Counted from the stretch's first letter, positions 1 to 10,222 are shown. The stretch is 27,612 bases of DNA from a bacterium (GCA_965200245.1 CBDATS010000009.1:1-27612), one strand, 5' to 3'. Made by a program: numbers and translations. Notes: generated by a model from the letters alone, not told the origin.

Positions 1-778
1 ACACACTGCTTTCGACCCGAACGACACTGCTCTGGGCTGCCCAATATGCGGACGCTGTCAGATCATGACCCGCTGCATTGACAACTTTTGCGGTCCAGAG
101 GCCCAGACCATACACAACACCCCACGGTTGTCCGGCAATGGCGAGATTGGCGATCGCGAGAACGGCCAGCAATGCCGCGGCGATGACATAGTTGCGTGGG
201 ATTCGTCGGTGTTGGGGCTCTGATTTCCAAAGCAGCAAAGCAGCGACGGCTGCAAGCCCGCACAGCGTGAGGATAATTCCGGAAACGCCGGAAACTGCAA
301 CGGCCGGTATCGAACCAAGATTAGTCCACCAGATCAAATGATATGCGCCCATAAAGCTCCCGATGGCAAAGAATGGCAGCGCGATCAAACTGACGAGATT
401 GCCAGAACCTGCATTCACTAATGTGCCGGACCCGCAGGCGAGCACCACCTGCATGGCGATCCCGAAGAAAAACGCTCCGACGATCATAGCCCAGCCGATC
501 GGAGCCTCGGCTCCGCCTATTTCATTTTGACCAATTCGCAGGAGAGGGAGAGCCACGGTTGCCGTTAACGCAATTGCCAGAAGCTGTCCCAGCATGCCGG
601 ATGCATTGCGGTTCAGGATCATCGCCCTCCATGGGCCGGCAAAACCGAAACGCAGCCCCTCCAAGACTAATCCGAATCCGATCCCGACCGTCAGCAGCAT
701 TCCGTAGCGTATGCCGGAAAATACCGTTACGGCGGTGATCGCCACCACCGCCGCAATAATTAGCCCCGCGCGTCTCAT
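1..778 (-). CDS. YeeE/YedE-family thiosulfate/sulfur-compound transporter (partial, 3' end beyond window)
   Basis: Absent from the ORF track because it is open to the window edge. Manual translation from the ATG at 778 gives MRRAGLIIAAVVAITAVTVFSGIRYGMLLTVGIGFGLVLEGLRFGFAGPWRAM...FFFGIAMQVVLACGSGTLVNAGSGN...GQPWGVVYGLGLWTAK with no stop down to base 1. It is multi-TM with YeeE/YedE-type FGxxMxxxxxCxSGTL and GxPWG motifs, and lies directly downstream of a rhodanese gene. Confidence 0.85.
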   Translation of the reverse strand, partial: MRRAGLIIAAVVAITAVTVFSGIRYGMLLTVGIGFGLVLEGLRFGFAGPWRAMILNRNASGMLGQLLAIALTATVALPLLRIGQNEIGGAEAPIGWAMIVGAFFFGIAMQVVLACGSGTLVNAGSGNLVSLIALPFFAIGSFMGAYHLIWWTNLGSIPAVAVSGVSGIILTLCGLAAVAALLLWKSEPQHRRIPRNYVIAAALLAVLAIANLAIAGQPWGVVYGLGLWTAKVVNAAGHDLTASAYWAAQSSVVRVESSV

Positions 779-802
779 GGCAGACTACGGAGCCATTCGG
801 AG

Positions 803-1732
803 TTATCCGTCATTCAACAATTGCTTGGCGAGATTCCTTAACAGGCCCGGTGCGTTATCCATCGGCTGATCGGCATTTGAATACTCAACCATTGATCCAG
901 GATAGAGCCGCACATTTTGAATTTCAGCAACTTCTGACAGGGCGAACCAGCTGGTTGCTGCCCAGTGGCCGGTATTGCAAAACGATACCACATCGGCGCC
1001 ATCTGATATGCCAAGTTCTGTTTTCAGCGCAGCAGCGTCAAACTTTTCGCTCAACAAAGCTGGGTTCGATCCGAAGAAATTTGTTTGAGGGTAATTGATA
1101 GCGCCTGCGACCGTCCCGGGTTTGGCCGCTGCGTTGTGTTTTCTCTCACCTTCGTAGAATTCTTCAAACCGGGCATCGATCAACACCGCACCGTCTCCAT
1201 CCTCAGCCAGCGCTGCCACCTCGGGAGTAGTCGCGGTCCATTGGCCGGAAAACACAATGTCAAGCTCTGATGGGATGGGTACCGCGGCTTGTGTGGAAAT
1301 TGGAAATCCGGCGCTTTCCCAAGCCAGCTTGCCGCCGTTCAAGATCGCCAGGTCGGTGAAACCCGACGATTTCAGCGTCCAGTAGACCCGCGCCGCCGCT
1401 CCGAAATTCGAGCCCGAATCGCCTTCATGCACGATGACGATCGGTTTTTCGAAATTCAGCCCTAAAGCCTCGAATCTTTCTTCATAGGTCGCAGCTTCAA
1501 GCAACTGACCGGGATTGGATTTCGGTCCTCTGAAGAGACCATAAGGGGCTGATATCGCTCCTGGAATATGGCCTTCGCCGTATGCGTCGCCGCGAATATC
1601 CAGAATGACTGGATTGGTTTTATCCAAAGTCGCCGACAATTCCTGCGGCGAAACCAAGGGGCCGTAGGTGCCTGCGGAGGCACTGCCGATAAGACCGGTC
1701 ACGGCAAGCGCGGCTGCTGTAAGTCGTTTCAT
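803..1732 (-). CDS. Exported tandem-domain rhodanese/sulfurtransferase (SseA/YnjE-like)
   Basis: Signal peptide (MKRLTAAALAVTGLIGSASA), GHIPGA motif, AARVYW, LNGG, GTVAGA, active-site loop CNTGHWAA and C-terminal YPGSMVEY. RBS AGGAGA lies upstream on the minus strand. Confidence 0.9.
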   Translation of the reverse strand: MKRLTAAALAVTGLIGSASAGTYGPLVSPQELSATLDKTNPVILDIRGDAYGEGHIPGAISAPYGLFRGPKSNPGQLLEAATYEERFEALGLNFEKPIVIVHEGDSGSNFGAAARVYWTLKSSGFTDLAILNGGKLAWESAGFPISTQAAVPIPSELDIVFSGQWTATTPEVAALAEDGDGAVLIDARFEEFYEGERKHNAAAKPGTVAGAINYPQTNFFGSNPALLSEKFDAAALKTELGISDGADVVSFCNTGHWAATSWFALSEVAEIQNVRLYPGSMVEYSNADQPMDNAPGLLRNLAKQLLNDG

Positions 1733-2062
1733 GTAAAAACTCTCCTATTTGACAGCAGTCAGTAGGATATTAACGGCTTTGCATTCAAGTGAACAGCCTT
1801 CAAGGAAGGCAAGACAGTGTTTTGATCGGAGCTCCCGGCGGCGGCTAAGTTACTTCACAGTTTGCCGATCCTAGGACAGAATACGGCGATATAGTCTGGC
1901 GCTGAACGCATTTCCTTAATTTCAACCGACAGAGTTTTTTTAGGATTGTCCTCATATCTTCACAAATTGCCGATTGATTTTGACCTAAATTTCGGAGAAA
2001 TGCAGTCGACCCACAAAAGAGGGGTTCTAAGCGATGATCCAAACGATACGGAGACCACAATA

Positions 2063-3574
2063 ATGATAACCTGCAAAAGCCCCTTTCTGGCGGCCGTTCT
2101 GCTGTCGGCCGGCGCAATCTGCACAGCGATGTCAGCGATTGCTGCGGAAAACGTGACCATAGTTCATTTTAACGATCTTGATCGGATGAGCGAAGACGAT
2201 GGCCGGGGCGGAGTTGCGCGCTTAGCGGCCGTGATAGAAAATGAACGCGCCAATGGCGGACATGTGCTTGTGACTTTTGGCGGTGATACGATTTCTCCAT
2301 CGCTGATGTCGGGATTTGATGAGGGGGCTCACATGATTGAGTTCCTGAACGCGTTAGGCCTCACAGCCATGGCCATTGGCAATCATGAGTATGATTTTGG
2401 ACCGGATGTCGCGCGCCAGCGGATCGCTGAAGCGAACTTCCCAGTGCTCGGCGCCAACAATATCGAGCCCGGTGGAAGTGTGATCGCGGGTGCATCGCCG
2501 TCAATCATGGTCGATGTTGGGCCGTTCAAGATCGGCATTCTAGGTCTGACGACCGTTGGCACGCTTGTGAAGTCAAGCCCTGGTGACGTCATGATTGAAA
2601 ACGCGGCGGACACAGCCGCGAGCGAAGCTTCCAAGCTCCGGGAAGAAGGCGCGAACTTGGTCATAGCTTTGGCTCACACTGACATTGCGGAAGACCGCGA
2701 GCTTTTGGAGCGGCGGGACGTGGACATTATTTTGAGCGGAGACGATCATGTCCTGCGCACCGAATATGACGGTGAGATCCTATTCGCGGAATCCGGCGAA
2801 CAAGCGGAGTGGATTACGGCTGTCGATCTTGTCTTGGATGAAGTCAAAGACGACGACAAGATGGAGTTTGTGTGGAGCGCCGAGTATCGGATCATCGATA
2901 CTCTGCACGTTATGCCGAACGAAGCTCTTGCAGCCAAAGTCGATGAATTCAACGCTTTGCTCGATAAGGAGCTGGATATTGAGCTTGGCGTTACGCTGAC
3001 CGAACTGGATACACGCCGCAGCACGATCCGCGGTAAAGAAGCGGCATTCGGGAACTTAGCGGCGGATGCGATCCGTGAAGCAACCGGAGCTGATTTGGCT
3101 CTGGTGAATGGCGGAGGTGTCCGTGCCGACCGGATTTATGATCCCGGAACAGTTCTGACACGCAGAGACATCGTCAGCGAACTTCCGTTCGGCAACAGCA
3201 CAGTTGTCCTTCGGATTACCGGTCAGGACTTTATTGATGTTCTGGAGAACGGATACAGTCAGATCGAGAAGGGAGCCGGAAGGTTCCCGCATATTTCAGG
3301 CGCCATGGTGCGCTACGATCCGTCGCGCGAACCGGGCAGCAGAGTACTGGAAGTATTGGTGAACGGCGAACCGATTGATACGGCGAAAATGTTCGATTTT
3401 GCTGTCAATGACTACGTTGCTGGCGGAGGTGACGGTTATGCAAATCTGGCTGATAAACCACGCATCGTGGATGAAAACGCCGCGATTCTGATGACCACGC
3501 AGCTGTTTGACTACATTCAGTCCAGAGGCGAGGTTTCACCGATGGCAGATGGCCGCATGGTCGCAGTTCAATAA
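2063..3574 (+). CDS. Periplasmic 5'-nucleotidase/UshA-family metallophosphoesterase with C-terminal 5'-nucleotidase domain
   Basis: Motifs HFND, GDTISPS, GNHEYDFG, NGGGVR, LPFGN and GGDGY are present. The start is placed at ATG 2063 (GGAG at 2050-2053, followed by a signal peptide) rather than the ORF-track start at 1946. Confidence 0.88.
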   Translation: MITCKSPFLAAVLLSAGAICTAMSAIAAENVTIVHFNDLDRMSEDDGRGGVARLAAVIENERANGGHVLVTFGGDTISPSLMSGFDEGAHMIEFLNALGLTAMAIGNHEYDFGPDVARQRIAEANFPVLGANNIEPGGSVIAGASPSIMVDVGPFKIGILGLTTVGTLVKSSPGDVMIENAADTAASEASKLREEGANLVIALAHTDIAEDRELLERRDVDIILSGDDHVLRTEYDGEILFAESGEQAEWITAVDLVLDEVKDDDKMEFVWSAEYRIIDTLHVMPNEALAAKVDEFNALLDKELDIELGVTLTELDTRRSTIRGKEAAFGNLAADAIREATGADLALVNGGGVRADRIYDPGTVLTRRDIVSELPFGNSTVVLRITGQDFIDVLENGYSQIEKGAGRFPHISGAMVRYDPSREPGSRVLEVLVNGEPIDTAKMFDFAVNDYVAGGGDGYANLADKPRIVDENAAILMTTQLFDYIQSRGEVSPMADGRMVAVQ

Positions 3575-3595
3575 CAGTTCGCCCTCAGCTGATTA

Positions 3596-3628
3596 TGCAG
3601 CCGCCGATGTTTGATTTTGGCGGCTGCA
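3596..3628 (+). terminator. GC-rich hairpin after the nucleotidase gene (terminator or RNA-stabilising stem)
   Basis: TGCAGCCGCC (3596-3605) and GGCGGCTGCA (3619-3628) form a perfect 10-bp stem starting 22 nt after the stop codon. There is no U-tract. Confidence 0.45.
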
Positions 3629-4043
3629 AACGCATTGTCGATGATTACAGCCATCATGCGGCAAACCAACGCATTCGATGCCGCATTCTCCAGCTCGCAA
3701 ATCTTACAGGAAATCGCCGGTGCGGTTGGGCATGCGGTGCATGGAACACATAGGGCAGCTGTTTCGAGGTTTAGATTGTCAATCGACGATCCTGTGCCGA
3801 GGTTTGAATCCGCAGCTGACGCTGATGTACCGCGATAGAACGGTCAAATCATTCCGCTGTGTGTTCAGGGGCTGCCATATGTCTTGCGGTTTCGGTGCCA
3901 ATATACGCCATATCATGCGCCAATGCCCGTATTTTGACAAAATTGCTTGAAGAGTGATATATGGTGTATAGATTGATGCGTGTGTAAAATAGTGATTCGA
4001 TCATAAAAAACGCAGATAAGGCTGAAACTGATCGAGCAGTAAT

Positions 4044-7000
4044 TTGAAGTTTAGCAAACTAAGGATCAACGGTTTTAAAGGTTTTGCCGACGCCGTTGAG
4101 TTGCCGATCGAGGATGGACTGAGCGGCATCGTTGGGCCGAATGGATGCGGCAAGTCGAACTTGGTAGAAGCCATCGGCTGGCTGATGGGCGAAAACCGCC
4201 CGACCGCTATGCGTGGCGCCGCCATGGAAGATGTAATATTTTCCGGTTCGGCGACCCGTCCGCGCGGCGCGATGGCGGAAGTGCAGCTGCATGTTGACAA
4301 TCGTGCGCGTTTAGCGCCTCCGGCCTTCAACGACAATGATGATCTTGTGCTCACCCGAAGGATCGAACGCGAGCTGGGTTCGACCTTTTTGGCAAATGGC
4401 CGTGATGTGCGGTGGCGCGATATGCAGCTCCTGTTCGCCGATGCTGCCTCGGGTGCGCGATCATCGGCTTTGGTTAATCAAGGCCAGACCAATGACATCA
4501 TCAATTCCAAGCCTGCGGCGCGCAAAAGCATCTTGGAGGACGCCGCTGGCATAGGCGGATTATACCGACGCAGACATGACGCAGAGCTGAAGCTGGCTTC
4601 AACAGAACAGAATCTTCTTCGGATCAATGATTTGCTTGAGCAACTGGAAAGTCAGCTCAATTCACTGAACCGGCAAGCCAGGCAAGCCGAACGTTATCGC
4701 AAACTGGGAGAACAGCTCAGAAGGATCGAATTCATCTTTTTGTACGCGGTGTGGCGTCAAGCGCAGGATCAGGCGGCGGAAGCAAAGACGCGTCAGTTGC
4801 GTGCCGCAACTGAGTCGACACGGCTTCAGAGCACGGCTTTACGCGCGTCAAGCCGCAAGACTCAGCTTGAGGAAAAAGTCGACCCGCTTCGGATGGAGGC
4901 GGCATCGAGCGAATCGGCCTTGCAGAGGATCAAGGCGGAAATCAAAGTGATTGAGTCGCAAGCCGCTGCTGCTGAGCAGGCGGTATCCGTCCTGCACACT
5001 CAACTTGCCGAACTCGCCGAGGACATCGACCGCGAAACAGAGCTCCGCGACGATGCGATTGAACGAATTTCTCATCTGGAGAATCAACAGTCTGCTTTGC
5101 AGACGGGTGGCAGCGAGTTCAAGGCCAAGCACTCTCAAACAGTGGCCCGCCTGGCGGATGCATTGGATAAACTGACCGCGCTTGAAACCGAGCTTGATAT
5201 TTCGAACAGCCGCGTTGCAGCAATTCAGTCATCTCGTCAGACCGCCGATCAGGCATTCAGAACCGCGGGACAGAAATTGGAGGCCTGTCGGCAGAGATAT
5301 TTGAAAGCAGCGAGTTTGGTCAGTGAAGCGGAAGCGCGTTTAGCGGAAGCTGTGATTCTCGCCAAGAGCGCAGATGGTGCGCGTTCCGACGCTGAACGCG
5401 CGGCCGAGCAGGCGGAATCTGTTCTTGAGGAATTAGAGGCCAAACGATTGTTGTTGTCGGAAAAGCTGACAGTTGCGAGCAAGCAGCTTTCAGAAGCGGA
5501 TAGTCGTCTTGCCGCATTGGGCTCCGAACACAACGAACTGCAGAAGCTTGTTAAAGGAGATGCATCCGGTTCAACAAAGCTGCTCAATCTTGTGCAAGTT
5601 GAAAGGGGCTTCGAAGCAGCGTTCGGCGCTGCGTTCGGCGACGATGCATTCGCACCGGTCTGCACCGAAATTACTGGTACGGGTTGGCATCATCTAGAGC
5701 CTCTTGAACAGTATCCCGACCTGCCGTTCGGCACGGAACCTTTGGCGGATCATGCGCGCGCCCCGCGGTTTCTGCAGCGCCGACTGAGGCAGATCGGAAT
5801 CGTTTCCAGGGAGGATTTGGATCGACTGCAAGTCGCTCTTCACCAAGGTCAGCGCATTGTAACACTGAACGGCGATCTGCGGCGTTGGGATGGGTTCGCG
5901 CGTGTCGCAGGCGAAGAGCCAAACCGGGCCGCTCTGCGGCTTCGCCAGCTCAATCGTATTAAAGAGTTGGCAGAAGAGATTGCTGACGCGAGACAGAAAT
6001 CTGAAGAAATTCGAGACACGCAGCGAAGTCTTCAAGGCCAATTCAACGATGTGGATCAAGCCAGCAAAAATGCAAGAGTTATGCGTAAGCAAACCGAAGG
6101 TTCTCTTGCCAAAGCCAGCCGATCATGGTCAGCGGCAGAGGCGGGCCACAACAGTGCCGAAAGGACGCTGTTATCGCTGAAGGAAAGCCGGGCACGAGCG
6201 GCAATCGAGATGCAGGAGGCAAAGGATGTGCTTTCTGAAGCTGAACAGCATGCTGCAAAGCAAGAAGATCCTGAAAGCGTTCAGCTGGTCGCGGCGGGAC
6301 TTAAGAAAGCTGTCGCTGAGGCGCGCGCGAATATGTTGGAAGAGCAGGCTGCAAAGTCGGAAATTGAGCGAAAGGAAGCCGAGCGTAAACATCGTCTTGC
6401 TGAGCTAACCGCAGAATTGGTTAATTGGAAGGCGCGCGAGCAGCAGGCCGATCAGCGAATTTCCGAACTGGTCGGCAGGCGGCGGCAGAGAGAGGCGGAG
6501 AGGCCGGAAATCGAGTCAAAACCACAGGTAATCAATGCAAGGCGTGATGCTCTTGCAAAAGAAATTACGAGCGTGGAGGCGCGCTGCCAGGAGTCGGCGG
6601 ACAGACTTAATGCCGCTGTGGCAGAAGCTCGTGAAGCTGCAAGACTCGCTAGTGAAGCGGAGAAGGCGGTTTCTTCGTCGTTGGAGGCAAAGGGACGCGC
6701 TGACGCGGATGCCGCTCATGCTAACGAAAGTCTTGAACAGTCTCAAGCTAACATTAGAGACAAGACGAATTGCAGCCCTAAAGAGCTTGCCGAGTATCTT
6801 CAGATTCAGACGACTCAACTGTCGGAGCCTGAACTCTACGAAATTGAGATCAATCGACTGAGACGTAGCCGTGATGCATTAGGGGCTGTAAACCTTATGG
6901 CGAAGCAAGATATCGAAGTATTGCAGGCCGAAATAAGCGAAATCAAGACTGAGCGGGTTGATCTGGAACAGGCCGTTGGCCGCCTTCGCCGAACGATTTC

Positions 7001-7499
7001 TGGCCTGAACAAGGAAGGACAGGAGCGGCTTCTGACTGCGTTTGAGGCAGTCAATGAGCATTTCAAGCAGCTGTTCACACAACTGTTCGGCGGCGGCAAG
7101 GCAAGGTTGGAACTTGTGCAAGGCGACGATCCGCTGGAGACTGGATTAGAGATTCTGTGTCATCCGCCGGGAAAGAGGTTTTCTTCGATTTCTCTGCTTT
7201 CAGGTGGTGAGCAGTCGCTGACGGCAATGGCTTTGATCTTCGCGTTCTTTTTGTCAAATCCGGCTCCGGTCTGTGTTTTAGATGAGGTGGACGCTCCGCT
7301 GGACGATTCAAATGTCATGCGGTTCTGCGATCTGATGGCTACGATCATGCAGAAAACAGGAACCCGATTTCTTGTGATCACACACAATCCGATCACGATG
7401 TCCCACATGGACCGGTTGTTTGGAATTACGATGCAGGAACGGGGTGTGAGCCGTCTCGTGTCTGTTGACCTTGGAGAAGCGGAGAGGTTAGCGGCTTGA
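4044..7499 (+). CDS. smc: Chromosome segregation protein SMC
   Basis: 1151 aa with a TTG start. Contains Walker A GPNGCGKSN, DVIFSG, long coiled coils with a central hinge, signature LSGGEQ, Walker B/D-loop LDEVDAPLD and ITH. Confidence 0.97.
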   Translation: MKFSKLRINGFKGFADAVELPIEDGLSGIVGPNGCGKSNLVEAIGWLMGENRPTAMRGAAMEDVIFSGSATRPRGAMAEVQLHVDNRARLAPPAFNDNDDLVLTRRIERELGSTFLANGRDVRWRDMQLLFADAASGARSSALVNQGQTNDIINSKPAARKSILEDAAGIGGLYRRRHDAELKLASTEQNLLRINDLLEQLESQLNSLNRQARQAERYRKLGEQLRRIEFIFLYAVWRQAQDQAAEAKTRQLRAATESTRLQSTALRASSRKTQLEEKVDPLRMEAASSESALQRIKAEIKVIESQAAAAEQAVSVLHTQLAELAEDIDRETELRDDAIERISHLENQQSALQTGGSEFKAKHSQTVARLADALDKLTALETELDISNSRVAAIQSSRQTADQAFRTAGQKLEACRQRYLKAASLVSEAEARLAEAVILAKSADGARSDAERAAEQAESVLEELEAKRLLLSEKLTVASKQLSEADSRLAALGSEHNELQKLVKGDASGSTKLLNLVQVERGFEAAFGAAFGDDAFAPVCTEITGTGWHHLEPLEQYPDLPFGTEPLADHARAPRFLQRRLRQIGIVSREDLDRLQVALHQGQRIVTLNGDLRRWDGFARVAGEEPNRAALRLRQLNRIKELAEEIADARQKSEEIRDTQRSLQGQFNDVDQASKNARVMRKQTEGSLAKASRSWSAAEAGHNSAERTLLSLKESRARAAIEMQEAKDVLSEAEQHAAKQEDPESVQLVAAGLKKAVAEARANMLEEQAAKSEIERKEAERKHRLAELTAELVNWKAREQQADQRISELVGRRRQREAERPEIESKPQVINARRDALAKEITSVEARCQESADRLNAAVAEAREAARLASEAEKAVSSSLEAKGRADADAAHANESLEQSQANIRDKTNCSPKELAEYLQIQTTQLSEPELYEIEINRLRRSRDALGAVNLMAKQDIEVLQAEISEIKTERVDLEQAVGRLRRTISGLNKEGQERLLTAFEAVNEHFKQLFTQLFGGGKARLELVQGDDPLETGLEILCHPPGKRFSSISLLSGGEQSLTAMALIFAFFLSNPAPVCVLDEVDAPLDDSNVMRFCDLMATIMQKTGTRFLVITHNPITMSHMDRLFGITMQERGVSRLVSVDLGEAERLAA

Positions 7500-7530
7500 T
7501 CGATGCGCAGCCAGCAGATTTGTTGCGTTG

Positions 7531-8769
7531 CTACTGTGTTAACCGCGAAAGCAGTTCCTTCGTAGGCCATTCGTCAGCAGGGAGTCCGAGCCGCGCCTGT
7601 TCTGCTTTGATAGCCGCCCGAGTCATTTTTCCGATAATTCCGTCTATCTTTCCAACATCATGGCCCCGTTGAACCAGTGCTTTCTGCAGAGCAACCGTTT
7701 CATCATCGGACAGAGGCGGGTCTGGATTTCCTTCGAGATACATTGGAGCTCCTGCCAGCAGGGTGGCAAAGAAGGCAGATGTGGTCGAATAGACAAATGA
7801 CTGATTCCACTCGAAATAGGTGCGAAAGTTGGGAAATGCGTAGAAGGCCGGTCCCTTAATGCCATTTGGAACAAGCACCGATGCTTCAAGTGTTGTATCA
7901 ATTGGTATGTCCCCGCGCGTCCGCACACCCAAATTTTGCCATTCACCTACGGGTTTTTGTGAACTCAGGCCGGTTGCAGTCCAATCCAAGTCCGGTGGCG
8001 CATGAATTTCAGTTAACCAAGGCTGACCTCGAACCCAGCCGAGTTCATCCAGCACTCGTCCCGCTGTCATCAGCGCGTCATCGACTGAGTTTCTGAGATC
8101 GATCTGACCATCGCCATCGCCATCCTCGCCGAATTTGAGAATATCAGCGGGCAGCATTTGGATCATGCCGATCTCGCCGGCCCATGCTCCAACTGTGTTG
8201 ACCGGGTCAAAACTGCCTTGTCCGAAGAGTTCGAGTGCGGCGAACACATGCGGACGAAAGAGCTCGGGTCTCCGGCAATCATGCGCCAGCGTAACCAGCG
8301 CGTCCAGGGTGTTGAAGTCGCCCTGCACCAATCCGAAGTCGGTTTCCAGCGCCAAAAATGACAATAGCACACCGCGGGGCGTGCCAAACCGCTGTTCCAC
8401 CAAGTCAAAAGCTCGCCGATGTTTTTCTTCGAAGCTCCGGCTCGCATTGATCCTGTGGTCCGACATGACAAGTTTAGAAAATTCAACAAAGGATTTCCGA
8501 AAAATTCCCTGATTTCGATCACGCCGGATGACGCTTGGTTCATGGGACACATTTGCAAAAAATGTTTCAACCAACGCGGGGTTATGGCCATTTCCTATCG
8601 CTTCTGCCTTTAACCCATAGACGAAAGACATGAAGCTGTCGCCGCAGCGGACTGCATCGTCAGCTGGCAGGATTTCCGCGGCTGAGGCTAAACTTATCAC
8701 CAGCAACCCAGCGGGAAGCATTCGCATGGAGGCACTGTATGCAAGGGTTTTACGACTTCTGTGTTTCAT
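7531..8769 (-). CDS. Lytic murein transglycosylase (MltB/SLT_2 family) with C-terminal peptidoglycan-binding domain
   Basis: Catalytic LETDFG motif, GAWAGEIGMIQMLP, EF-hand-like DGDGDGQIDL, WNQSFVYS and PG-binding LQKALVQRGHDVGKIDGIIG. The start is uncertain (TTG 8781, ATG 8769 or ATG 8727). Confidence 0.92.
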   Translation of the reverse strand: MKHRSRKTLAYSASMRMLPAGLLVISLASAAEILPADDAVRCGDSFMSFVYGLKAEAIGNGHNPALVETFFANVSHEPSVIRRDRNQGIFRKSFVEFSKLVMSDHRINASRSFEEKHRRAFDLVEQRFGTPRGVLLSFLALETDFGLVQGDFNTLDALVTLAHDCRRPELFRPHVFAALELFGQGSFDPVNTVGAWAGEIGMIQMLPADILKFGEDGDGDGQIDLRNSVDDALMTAGRVLDELGWVRGQPWLTEIHAPPDLDWTATGLSSQKPVGEWQNLGVRTRGDIPIDTTLEASVLVPNGIKGPAFYAFPNFRTYFEWNQSFVYSTTSAFFATLLAGAPMYLEGNPDPPLSDDETVALQKALVQRGHDVGKIDGIIGKMTRAAIKAEQARLGLPADEWPTKELLSRLTQ

Positions 8770-8882
8770 CGCAAATTCCAAAATTTTTGCTGCTGTCTAA
8801 ACAGCGTCAGTTCGAATTTCCTATAAATGAAAAGTGTGTAATCTGCTAGGACAGATAACGTTTCCCTCAAAGATTATTGTTC

Positions 8883-9886
8883 GAGCCTTTTGCAAAATCA
8901 GGCCGCGCGCCCGGATTTCTAAGGGAAAACGCTGAAATCGAGCGGTTTCGGGGCTGCAAGGATACGGCCATCCGTGGTATCTTGCGATCAGAACAAACAC
9001 AAAATAACGGTAGTTTGGCTGATGTTCCTGCACGAGAGTATAAATGATCGCAGGGGATTTTTTCAAGAGGAACTTTTTCCTTTTCTCCGCGATGAGGCCG
9101 GGCCGCTAGGCGACCGCCATGAATAGCTCATCAATTCGATCTAACATTCCAGGCTGGAGCATCAGATCCGGTTCACCGGCCGCAGGCCCGGGCCGTCCGC
9201 GCAAAGGCGGGGAGGTGAAGAAACCGCTCACCCGGCTGCAGCGTCAGCAAAGAATGGCCCTCGAAGAGATGATCGGGGATCTTCCCTCGGCCTGCGACTT
9301 CGGCGTCAGGAAGGACAGCGGGGGCTGCCGCAATTTCTGGAAGGGATACAAGCTCCATGCCGATGTCGCCGACGGCGGCATCCCGGTCAGCTGTCTTCTC
9401 ACATCGGCCTCGCTGCTCGACAGCCAGGCGGCTCTGCCCTTGGCGGCGATGTCTGCCGAACGGGCCGACAGTCTCTGCGATCTCATGGACAGTGCTTATG
9501 ACGCCGGGGAAATCCGCGAATGTTCTCTCCGCCTCAAGGACCAGTTCGGGGCGAAGCATGTCCGGGTACGCGGCTATAGGAAAGTGTTCTGTCATCTGAT
9601 GTTCGGCGTGATCGCCCTGCTGACCGATCAGATGATGCGCATGAACATCTGAACCGGCTTCACTCCCCTTTAGGCCACCGCCCCCGGAGAGCTTCCTGTT
9701 TCAGGAAGGCGCTCCCGCTCGCCTCGAAAAAAGCCGGAAGCCGAAAAAACGGGCCGAGCCGGCTCCAGCACGGCGAATCAGGACGAATCCCGACCCTTCA
9801 AGCCCGTGATCAGGGCCAGGGCGGCAACCCTCAGCCGGACCGGAGCTCCGAAGGCCGGCATCGTCGAGGAATTTTACAAAGGGCTC
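8883..9886 (+). mobile_element. Internally deleted, non-autonomous IS (IS1182/IS5-like DDE family) with TIRs and 4-bp target duplication
   Basis: Left IR GAGCCTTTTGCAAAAT (8883-8898) matches right IR ATTTTACAAAGGGCTC (9871-9886) at 14/16. GTTC flanks both ends (8879-8882 and 9887-9890). The GC-rich interior carries a transposase remnant. Confidence 0.85.
9022..9652 (+). pseudogene. Transposase pseudogene
   Basis: ATG 9022 reads MFLHESINDRRGFFQEELFPFLRDEAGPLGDRHE, then TAG at 9124 and TAA at 9142. A different frame carries GRPRKG...WKGYKLHADVADGGIPVS...MDSAYDA...RLKDQFG..VRVRG..KVFCHLMFG. It is far shorter than a full DDE transposase, and the region expected to carry the catalytic Glu is absent. 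Confidence 0.85.
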
Positions 9887-10222
9887 GTTCAGCTTGCGGG
9901 AGAGGGTAACGCTATAAATTCAGGAATTCGAATTTTGCCTGACTTGGTCAGCAGTTCTTGGCTTTCAGGAAAGTGCTGGCACCTTTAACTAACCGACGCT
10001 CAGGATTATGTCAGGTTACGACTGCTCTTTATGAGGAGAATTGCTGGGTTATCGATATTTGACTTGTTGGTTGATTGACACTCAGAAAAATTGGGCGGTA
10101 TTCGCTACTATAGAGACGCTGATAAAGATGGCTCTTGAGGAGATTTGTGAGTGCAACGTCAATTTAGCCAGGATCCAGCTTAGTCTCTAGCAAGGAAAGA
10201 TAGCAATGCTTAATTTGCACAC

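Noticed and set aside
58-318. Short minus-strand ORFs 58..318 and 63..263
   Set aside because: They are out-of-frame shadows of the YeeE/YedE gene.
1946-2062. N-terminal extension of the nucleotidase
   Set aside because: It uses a TTG start, whereas the RBS and signal peptide fit ATG 2063.
9119-9652. 177-aa ORF as an intact transposase
   Set aside because: The true N-terminus lies in another frame from 9022 with stops, and the catalytic region is deleted.
10051-10059. ATCGATATT shared (inverted) between the cas3 upstream region and 12851-12859
   Set aside because: A 9-mer match between two ~300-bp regions is expected by chance.
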